Assembly: GCA_045837725.1 (NCBI GenBank)
Contig: JBEWZL010000003.1
Coordinates: forward strand, 496,001 to 560,000
DNA from: Vermamoeba vermiformis
Lineage: Eukaryota
DNA: 64,000 nt
Reading direction: 5' to 3'
The position numbers and the translations under genes are program-made. The notes below the pieces were generated by a model. The model saw only the letters and a program-made list of their open reading frames with translations. It had not been told where the DNA came from and did not search any database. Shown here in pieces: positions 50,445 to 60,427 of this stretch. Each line of letters opens with the position of its first letter. Positions within the stretch are counted from its first letter, which is position 1.

Positions 50445-52984
50445 TTACACGACGACTTGCACGTTCTTTTTGGTTGGAGTACGTGCAGGGGACAAGATCC
50501 GACCGACAATTGGAATGCCTGACAACCAACCGCCGGAATTCGATCTGAACAACAAAATGTCAATTAATCTAGTCATTTTTAGTAATAATTACTCATGATT
50601 ACCTTTCAATATAAGGACTCTGTGGGGTAGTGGCGCTGTTCGCCATGTATTGCGCACGTGCCTTCGGGTTGACAGGTGTTGAGGGTCCATCAAGTGGTGG
50701 AGGCGGCAGATTTAACTTGCCGGGAGTGTTGCCAGGGCCAGGGCGTGCTGCGGGGGCCATGAGGCGCGGGTCACTAGTCATGCCATTATTCAGCACGACT
50801 TGTTTTTGGAGCTGCAAGACACGAGGTGAGTTAAGTTTTTGGTTGAAAGGAAACGATTGCTACAGACCTGCAAGGACTCGTACAACTCTGCGTTACGCTT
50901 GACGAGCACGCCATTGCGACGCACTTCATTGGCCAATTGTTCAAGCAATACGCTCTTTTGTGCCACGACCTGAATGGACACGTGTCAGTCAAAACGAACC
51001 GAGCTTGTCAACAAAGGACTCACCTTGTCAGTGGTTAAAATCAACTGTTCTAATCTCTTGCGCTGTGAGGCGAGTTGGTTCTCTAATTGAGCGGCATATT
51101 GAGTCTGTTTTTGAAGTCTAGCGCGCAACTCCTCGCTGGACAAGGAGTCAGTGCGGCCAGTGCTGGACTGTTGTGGTGTGTTAGGAGCGGGCGTTTGGGG
51201 CTTGGGCTCATTGCTCTTTGTAGGTGTGCTAGTAGGTGTACTCGTGGCCGATTGGTTGGATGATTGCGCGAGTCGTTGTTGCAGCTGCAAGTTCTGTGCT
51301 TGCAATTGATGGTATTGTTCCTTCAACTTGGCGCTAATTTGTTCTTGTTGGGCCAGTTGTGCGCGCAGTTGACTTACGAGCGGCGTGTCGCCAGAGGGGA
51401 CAGTAGGTGCCACGATCGGTTTGTTTTGAGTGGCCGCGGCAGCTTCTTCGCGCAGTCTCAAAGTCTCTTCGCGCTTTCTCAAGGCCTCTTCGCGCTCCTT
51501 CAACTGCGCGTCTTGAGTTCTGCCGCCTTGTTGCTGCGAGGCGTATTGTTGCTCCAACTTGGCGACGTTGTCTTCGCGCTTTTTCAGAGCCACTTCACGG
51601 TCTCGATGCGCTGTCTCGCGGTTCCGCAACAGAGTCTCGTTCTGCACGACGGTGTTTTGTTTTTCTTTCAATTGTTCCTCTTGCTTTTTAATCAACCTCT
51701 TCTTTGACTTTGAGCTCGTCTTCTCTCTTTTTCAATTGTTCTTCGCGCTTCTTCGCTGCGCTGGAATTCTCGTCTGCCTTTTGCGCAGAGGCGTTCGATA
51801 CTTTTTGAAGCTTGTCAATCTCTTCTCGTTGCTGTCACCGTGTTAGACAGATAGATAGCATAATATCGATAAACAAGTACGTACCAATGCTTTTTGTTGC
51901 TCCAATTCGTTTTTCTCTTGACGCAGGGTGTCAATCGATTTCTGCATTTTTGTGACTAATTCGCGCAAGTTAGCGTTGTCCTGGTTCAGTTTTTGTTTCT
52001 CTTGAGCAAAATTGTTTCGTTCTTTGTCTAAATCTCCTTGCAATGACTAAAACGAATCTTGTATTAATTACGCAGTCCGATATATTTAAAAACCAATTCT
52101 TACATTTGACCTATTGGCTTGAGCTTCCAGTTCAGAGACTCGTTTGGATTTTTCAGCAAGCTGTAGTATAGATATTAAACAACAGATTCATAATAATATC
52201 AAATTCGTACCTTGTTCTTCAAATCATCAATATCTTGCGTTAATTTTCGTTTGTTTTGATCAAACGCGTCTTTTTCTTGCAATAAAATCTTGTTGGTCTG
52301 TTCCAATATTGACATGCGGGTCTGTTGTTTTTTCATTTCTGCTTTCACACTCTTCACTTCTTGCTGCGCTTTTGTCACCTCCTCGTCTTTGGCACGCAGC
52401 AGAGCATCGTAATCTATTGCAGGCCGCGTATCTAGAATCGGTGGTGTATATGTGCTTATTGATGAGTCATTATATTCATAGCTGCTGCTCGTAGTACTCG
52501 AGCCCTAGACGGAAAACATTGTTAGATCGAAGGAATTGCTTTTTTAAATTTTAATCAGATGAAAGAGCAAAGAAAATGGTATATTTTATAAGTAATATAA
52601 TTAATATCGTCGAGGTTAATTTCGGAATTTTGGAAATAAATTTCACTAAAATAGATCTACGTCAGTAAAACACTTGTCGTTAATAGACGACTTGGAATTA
52701 AAAAATTTAAAATTAGTACGGATATGCTTGTTGCAAACTTACGTTAATATCAGCGGGTTTATTAATATTTTCTTCAGGTTTCGAGATCGGTTCTTCTTCA
52801 ATAGAAAATCCTCCATTATTAGCTGCTTTCTGCCCCGCTTGTGCTTGTTTTTTCTTTGTATTTTTCATCTTTTGGAACTGCAGATACATTTAGATTAAGC
52901 TTGATCTAAATAGAGATAGCCGTTTTGATACTTTACCCTTTTTCGGCCCTCTTCCAAGAGCTTCTTTCTATCAGCGTCGCTCAT
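50445..52984 (-). CDS. Long coiled-coil, golgin-like protein (multi-exon)
   Basis: N-terminus MSDADRKKLLEEGRKR, then a basic/polar segment (...KNTKKKQAQAGQK) and long Q/E/K/R heptads. The C-terminus is SGGWLSGIPIVGRIL...KKNVQVVV*. Confidence 0.7.
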
Positions 52985-53425
52985 TATTCAGTACTGTTAA
53001 CACTATTTACACTTCATACTCTCATGTGGTTGAATACCGAGTAACGGAAAAATTATTATTTGAAATTAGAAAGAGCAACGTAAGACAACGGAGCAGCAAT
53101 GTGAAATTTGCAAAATAAGCGATCATTCGAGCAATTTAATGATGCGCCGCGTCTGTACGCCAATGACAGCGCTTTGACAATGTCGCAGGTCCGTATCTGG
53201 ATGTACATCCAAATTAATTTTTTTCGTATCGCGTTATTTATCCTGAAACGGATATTTTTTTGTTAATTTTGTAAATATATTATGAAGTAATAACGGGCAC
53301 TCTGATTTTTTCAGACACCACAAGAACATGCTCGCGACATTTCCTGTTTTGTTTAGTCGACTAAACGCAAACCTTTTTTAGTACACAGTCTGTTCAGTCT
53401 GAACGCACTACAACACCACGCGCTC

Positions 53426-55976
53426 ATGCAGTACAAATTGCTTGCGTTATTATTTTGCGTCGCCGCTGCGTGGCAGTTCGCGGCTGCATTGCCCACTAAC
53501 CCGAATAAGGTTGTACCAATCTTCGTTGGGTTGAAACAACGAAATATTGACAAGCTGCACGTAAGAATTATCGATAATATTAGAGACATAATATTAATTG
53601 ATGTTTTTTCGCAGGAAATTGCGTTGTCTGTGAGCGATCCAGATTCCCCTCGTTACGGTACATTTTTCATTCTCATTTTTTTCTGACTCGCTTTATTATC
53701 GCCCATCAACTGCTAACGCATATTCTAGGCCAATTCTTGTCTAAAGAGGAAGTTCTTGAAATAGTAGCCCCTTCAAAGGAAGATCATGATCTCGTCGTTA
53801 ACTACTTTAGAGATTTAGGTACGCGTTATTTCTAATACACTATTCACGTAAAACGAGTACGTGCTCACTGTATTTCTGCAGGTTTCTCCGTTCAGTCGTT
53901 TGGCGATTCGCTCATCTTGCAAGCTCCCGTGAAGACGATCGAAAGTGCTTTGCAAACTACTATGGGCACGCTGGCCACTGCCAAACATTCTAGCGGTAGG
54001 CCTTACAATTTGTAAATAGGTTAATTAATTACAATTTCTAACGGCATTTGCACACGTACGTAGGCAAAACCTTGCACCGAACTTTCCCCACATCTACCTA
54101 CAAGATTGCCGACCACATTATGGATAAGATCGAAATCATCACCACGAACACCGGTGAGGCCAATATCAAGCGCCTTTCGGATTACCAGCCTAAGAGCAAG
54201 CGAGCGTAAGATTTTTAAACAATTGTATGGAATTTAATTTTGCTTACGTGCCTCGCAGCGCTGAACAACTGCAAAGCTTGCCCTCTGTCGTGCCTAAGAG
54301 CATTCGCATCAACTACGGCATCAACGGATCCTTCGACACTGCCACCAATCCTAAAACAACGCAATTGGTCGTCGAATTCAATCACGAAGCCATGCCTCAA
54401 GACAGCGACATTCAAGGCTTCGTTCAAGCCGCCAAAGAAAAGTACTCGAACTGGACTCAGATCTACGGTGGCTACGGACCTGTTGGCGTCGGTGATTTGC
54501 GCGAGTCTACTTTGGACTTTGAGTACATTATGACCGTTGGTCGCGGAGGTAATTACTTTGAATCAATTATCGACGGCTTCTTAACGAACTGCAATGCACA
54601 GCTCAAAACTGGTGGATGTACATTAAAGGCTGGATGATGGAGTTTGCCGTGGCATTGAATGCCTTGAAGACCACACCGCTCGTCGTGTCCATTTCTTGGG
54701 GGTGGGCTGAATCTGATCAGTGCAATATTATGGAGACTGGGTACGTCGCACGACCTACTATCACCATGCGTAATTGCTAATCGATAAACTCGGACACAGT
54801 ACTGACTGCAAGGGCTTCGACACGTACGCGTACATCACTCGTGTCAACAACGAATTCGCTAAGCTCGCTGCTCGCGGTAAGTCACTATCGTCATTTTGTA
54901 CGTTTATCGTGCTGATCTCCTGCAGGTGTGTCGATCCTCGCTGGTTCTGGAGACGCTGGTGCCGCTGGTCCGTTGAATCCGAACTGCGAGAACAGCATTC
55001 CTCCTCGTACGTACATTATCGCGCGCTTGACTCGTTTACTGGTTAACTTGTTATGCACGCACTATAGTCTATCCTATGTTCCCTGCCTCGTCTCCTTGGG
55101 TCACTTCAGTTGGTGCTGTGACTTGGACCGGCAACAAGCCTGGCTGGATGCCACCGATGAGCCAAGAGATCTCGTTTTCAGATAAGAAGCGCCAAGTTAT
55201 TCCTCCTCCGTTGTGCAATGTTTTCCCTCAAATGCAGTGCGCATTCGCTCCTCAAATTGAAGTTGTAGCTTCTGCAGGCAACACTTATTTGCAGTTCACT
55301 AGCGGTGGTGGTTTCAGCAACAAAACTCCTCAGCCCTCGTGGCAAGCTAGCGCTGTTACTGGCTACTTGAACACGCCTGCAATCATGTTGCCTCCTGCTG
55401 GCTCGTTCAATCCCAAAAACCGCGCTTATCCTGACATTGCCGCTGTTGGTAAGAATGATCTGAGAGCAGGACATGCCAGAGTCTAATCAATTTCTGCCAG
55501 GTGCTCGCTTTTTGACACTGATCATGGAGTTCCCTACTATTGAAGAAGGTACCAGTGCCTCCACTCCCGTATTTGCGGCAATGGTTTCCTTGATGAACGA
55601 TGCTCGTCTCAACAACAAAAAGAGTCCTTTGGGCTTCTTGGTGAGTCCAGTGCACTGCAATTGTATTTAGCAACTGATCTCTAATTAATTAGAACCCACT
55701 GCTTTACAAATTGGCCAAATCCAATCCCCAAGTTTTTAATGGTATGTTTGAGCACTTTGGAAATTAATTCTCACTTCAAATGTTCAGATATCACTGTTGG
55801 TGACAATAGATGTGCCATTCAACTGTGTTGCCCATCAGGTTATGGTGCCACCACTGGTTGGGATGCTGCTGTAAGTAAATTGGATAGTAAGGTTAATAGA
55901 AATCTAATATTTGTAGTCTGGCCTTGGTACTCCTAATTTCCCTGAGTTGTTAAAGGCAGTGCTAAAGGTAGCCTAA
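53426..55976 (+). CDS. Sedolisin / tripeptidyl-peptidase I-like serine-carboxyl peptidase (S53) with pro-kumamolisin prodomain, multi-exon
   Basis: Signal peptide, VSDPDSPRYG, ESTLDFEY, SWG, SGDAG, FPASSPWVTSVG, SGGGFS, RAYPDIAA, GTSASTP, LGFLNPLLY, DITVGDN and GWDAASGLGTPNF. Confidence 0.93.
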
Positions 55977-56399
55977 GCATAAAGACATATGGGCTAACAA
56001 ATGTTCAAAACAATAAAATTTTAAACTCCTATCTCTTGTGTTCTTTCTTTCAGTAATATGGCAGCTGGGTTTTTCTGATCTAACCTCAGAAATTACAGGA
56101 CAGACTTTTGTCCTGTCTCTCTTTGGCTCTTGCCTCATGCATTTCAGCAAGTTGACCAGAAAACAGGGGTTGAAAATAAATTGTTGCAGCTCATTCTCAT
56201 TTGTCTCTGCCAGTGTGAGCACCTAGGGGAAAGCTCTGCCATTTGTTTTAGTTTGCTCAACAGATTTGCCTATGTTGATGGTTCTATTCCTGGGTTGGTT
56301 CCTGTCATCATCAAACCTGTTTCAACACCTGTGCTTGTGCAAGTCTGGAAACAAGAGCTCTTTGTTGCCCTTTTAATGCTCCAGAGTAGCACTGATTGC

Positions 56400-57031
56400 A
56401 GCTTTTAAATCTGTTTCAGGTACTTGTCTTTCATGCTTCCAACCTCTGCTTGTAGTAACAAATAACTCACCCATTGTAAAAGAGATTTTAGATTCTAAAA
56501 GTTAGTTTTTTGGCAGCCATTATAACATAACTTTTGGGTGTTACAAGCCCCAGGGACTCTGCAGCAAGTCAGAGCTCAGACAAATCCAGTGTAAGCCAGG
56601 ACTAAGGCAGTAAATCCTTTTCATGGCTGTTTATGTGGAGAATGAGAGGTAATTTTGATTAAATATTTTAATTTTTACTAATTATTATTTTAGAAAATAT
56701 GCTGGTCTACTCATGCACAGACACAGCTTTAGGTGCCATGAATGCTGTAGCAGCCAAAGTAGATTACTGCTAGAGGTCATTAGTCTTGAAGGCACTCACA
56801 TACTCACCTTGGTAAAAGAGTACTTCCTCAAGTTCTTATCAACTAGAGCAAGCAAACTGTGATAAACTTCAATGTGCTGCACTTTCCTTTAGTGAATGTG
56901 AGCTCTTTGCCAATTGTGTTAGCCACAACAACAACTCTAAGCCCTTGTATTTCCAGCCTGGGGCCCTCACAGTCCTGCAGGAATACTTCCCACCTGCTGC
57001 TATGGTAGGCTTCTGGGTTATAGAAATTTAA
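56400..57031 (+). pseudogene. Possible decayed coding remnant inside the CpG-free block
   Basis: An intron-like segment at ~56649-56693 is followed by a ~110-codon frame (NMLVYSC...GFWVIEI) interrupted by TAG and TAA stops. No homolog recognised. Confidence 0.2.
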
Positions 57032-57475
57032 GGGTTATAGAGTTTAAAGTCCAGTTAACCCTTTTTGTTAAACTTTTGACTTTTTTGGCCTTTTTGCCAT
57101 CATTTTTTCATTGATGTTGTGCTTACTTGCCGGATTGCTTACTTGCCAAAATTTTTTGCCAAGTAAAACGAACAAGCACAATTAATCGTGCTTGTAATAT
57201 TTATTTTTGTGCGCACAGTATTTCCCGTTTTACACGATAACTTTGCAAAAAGCTGAAATCCATTCCAGATTTTGCAAGATTTTTCCCCAGTGATTTTGCT
57301 ACGCAAATTTGGTAAGCAAAGAAGAAAAGAAATTATAAGTAAATAACCATCATATTTCCGAAGTGCAAAATAAATTACTTATATAGGGTCTAGGGTTATA
57401 TATCACGTTGGGGTTAGCATTTTACAGTTTTTTTGTAGCCAAGGGTGAATTTTTTTATGCCTTGGCAACTTCACA

Positions 57476-57727
57476 CCCATCCGCACAGCATGGACGCCCA
57501 TCCGCACAGCAGGGACACCTGTCCACACTGCACGGACGCCCATCCGCACAGCACGGACGCCCATCCGCACAGCACGGATGCCTGTCCGCACAGCACGGAC
57601 ACCTGTCCACACAGCAGGGACGCCCATCCACACAGCACGGACGCCCGTCCGCACAGCATGGATGCCTGTCCGCACAGCAGGGACAGCTGTCTGCACAGCA
57701 CGGATGCCCATCCGCACAGCAGGGAAA
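57476..57727. repeat. Minisatellite of 12 x 21 bp, consensus CCCGTCCGCACAGCACGGACG
   Basis: Twelve head-to-tail units read directly, the first at 57476 and the last at 57707. The consensus contains the internal inverted repeat CGTCCG-N7-CGGACG. Confidence 0.97.
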
Positions 57728-57786
57728 ATACCATCACAAAATGAAGTCTGCAGTTGTTGCAAAAATGCATATAAACAAAAGTGATG

Positions 57787-57877
57787 CAAGGTGTCCATGG
57801 CTTTGCAGATACCTGATGACATGAGGGGGATTTGACTCCATCATTAAGAAGGTATCTGCAAAGCCATGGACACCTTG
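57787..57877. repeat. Perfect 28-bp inverted repeat with a 35-nt loop (hairpin)
   Basis: CAAGGTGTCCATGGCTTTGCAGATACCT (57787-57814) is the exact reverse complement of AGGTATCTGCAAAGCCATGGACACCTTG (57850-57877). Confidence 0.95.
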
Positions 57878-57932
57878 ACATGCTTTGAGAAAACTAAGTT
57901 AAGTTTAGCAAATTATAAAGGCCAAAGATATT

Positions 57933-59440
57933 CTAATCAGGAGAATTTATGTAATCAAACTGTTTTAACAAGTATATTTTGATTAAAATTGTGTGTGATA
58001 AAAGGGGGCAAGATTGGCTTGCATCAAAATTTGAGCAATCATCCACAAGCAGAATAGACTTTTGTTGGAGCAAAGCAAGCCAGAGTTTGTCAAGGGCTTT
58101 AGGAGAGCAATACAGCAAATACCAATAATAAGGCAAAATGTAATAGTGGAGAGCAGCTTCAGATTGCGATAACATAAAGCCAGGTTGATCTAGCTAGAAA
58201 TATTGTTAAAAAAAAGCAATAAATTCCAACAACATACCTTCAACCAATGTTTGCAATCAACAAACTGAGTGTCCATTAAGGGATTGACATGGGAGGTCAA
58301 TTTCACCATGTCAAAACCCATTGCATCAGCTTTTAGAGCTTCATAAATGCTCATTACTGACTGTGCAAATAAGCTACTGAAGGATACCTGCAAAAAGAAT
58401 TACTATTAATTCTTATTATTAACATTACTACATACTGGGATGTGTGTATTTGAAGACAAGTAATTTGGTTGCAGCTCTTTGAACTCGTCATTGCTCCTGG
58501 ACAATTAGAGTTAGAGGTTAATTGACACTCAGACATGAGCTTACCAAGCTAAGTCAAAAATTTGCAAAGACATGCCCAAAGTACTCTTTAATTGACTGAT
58601 GTATTGCAAATTCTTTCTGCTACAACATAAAATTCTGTTGCTGAAATTTGATCCTGGATCCTGTTCTTGGAGATAAGGAATTTCTGTGCATGGCATTAGT
58701 ATGGCTGTATAACTAAAAAGGAATTATACCTTTAATGCTTGGAGTTTGTGCAAAGACTTGCGAGGCGACTGGCTGAAATGATTTTATTAAAATTACATTC
58801 GCACTCAAACAACACAAAACAAACCATTAGTGCTTTGAGTTTGCTTGTTGTACTTTGAATCTCATTGCCGGGTTGGCCCGGTAAACAATTTAGTGGTGCT
58901 TCAGATCGGCAATTACAGTCTTCCAAATGACCCGTGCAAGTAACAGGATGAATATGGGAATGCATCCTCTGGTAGTGCAACAAATTATTATCCCTAAGAC
59001 ATCCAACCAGTAAGTTAAAAGCGCTTTTTTGTGGATCGTAACTTACGTGTATTGCTGCCCAGCAGTTTTTGCTGCTTTTAAAATAATAATTTAATATTTT
59101 TGTGTTTAAGCAAGTGAATTTTTTATGCGCAGGATTAATAACGAGGATGTAATTAAGCGAGTAGTTAATTGGTTTTTTTTTTTCATTAAAAATATTGTTA
59201 AAATTTAAAAATATGCTAAATTATACTAATTTTACCTTGAAAAGCATTTGAAAACGGGTTCGTAAACATTAGCTACCGTGGATGACAAGTGATTGCGCGT
59301 TTCTGTGGGCTGTGGTGTTTTGTCAGCAATGTAGGAGGTTAAATTGGTAAATCACTTACCCGCCAGACGCGTTTTTACGGAATTCGAGTTATTTACGGAA
59401 TCTTGTCTCCGATGACACGTAATTCCGTCAAATTTTGACA
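57933..59440 (-). pseudogene. Possible degraded intron-containing gene remnant
   Basis: A series of minus-strand donor sites (CTTAC/ATAC on +, e.g. ~58235, 58540, 59043, 59355) separates exon-like blocks with short open frames. No coherent product could be assembled. Confidence 0.2.
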
Positions 59441-59829
59441 TTTTTATTGCTGCGTATCTTTCAGCAAGATTACCACAAGTCTTTGCATAGTAAAAAAAAT
59501 TACACGTAATAATTTTATACGCACGATTTATAATTTGAGCGCGAAAGCAATGCTCAGATAAGTCCTTGATCGGATTTATTTTTTTTAAAAAAATCATTAT
59601 TTATGGCTTATTACCTTTTAATAATTCAATATAATATGTAACAATTTTAATTGTATTTTTTAAACAGTGCCCGGAATTTTAAGACCCTGTTCTTCTACAT
59701 CGACGCAGATCGTCTCAAAATCAAGGCCACGAGCAAGGCGTTGCAGAAATTGCACTCACCACAATTCGTACACGCTGCTTGCATAAAAACGGTAAACTCG
59801 TGGGGCCCGAATTGAATTTTTTTTGAGTC

Positions 59830-59887
59830 GACTCAAACTTTTGGTCGGAATTTCTGACCAGCGCAGGTTCAACTCCTGGCGTCCGCA
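59830..59887 (+). other. tRNA-Leu(CAA)-like 3' fragment (pseudo-tRNA or SINE-like remnant)
   Basis: GACTCAAA..TGGTC, a variable-arm-like stem (GGTCGGAA/TTCTGACC), a T-arm/B-box GCAGGTTCAACTCCTG and an acceptor-like CGTCCGCA. No 5' half (D-arm) is present. Confidence 0.35.
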
Positions 59888-60427
59888 GCATTTTATTTTT
59901 GTTTTTTTTGAGTCGACTCAAACACTTAGCACTGCCTCTGCTATTATTAATAAATGTAAAGGTGACTTGATTTTATCCCGTGCCTGCAATCCATTTACTA
60001 GATATTGTCGTGACAAGTAGCGCGATCTAAATCTAACACGGCACATTGATTGCATCGGTAAGTTTAAACTATAGATTATCAAAAGTAATAATATAATGTA
60101 TTAATTCCGTTTTTATAGGTTTAGCATGAGGCTGACTTAGTGGATCGGTGGAGGGATCTGACGCGCTGAATTGTCACGATAGTCGAAGATTCAAGGCCCG
60201 TAAGTAATATTCGATGATTGTGCTATATAGTGACTAAAATAATATGACAGTAGATTGGCTAAATTTGCTAAAGTGTTGAAGAAATGCGATCCGCAACTTG
60301 ACTGGATTCGCGAACCAATTATCAGTGTTGTGGTAAATAGGTAAGTTTATTTACGTTTTAATATTATAAATATACAATTACTAACTCCTTAGTATTGTTA
60401 GAGTTAATGCGTGATTGCTTTAGTCTT

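Noticed and set aside
57010-57400. GGGTTA(T) telomere-like motifs and a TTAACCCTTT piggyBac-like end at ~57055
   Set aside because: The copies are isolated rather than tandem, and I found no matching opposite terminus or transposase in the window.
57403-57881. Multiple overlapping ORFs with 7-aa repeats
   Set aside because: They arise from a stop-free 21-bp minisatellite that is open in several frames on both strands.
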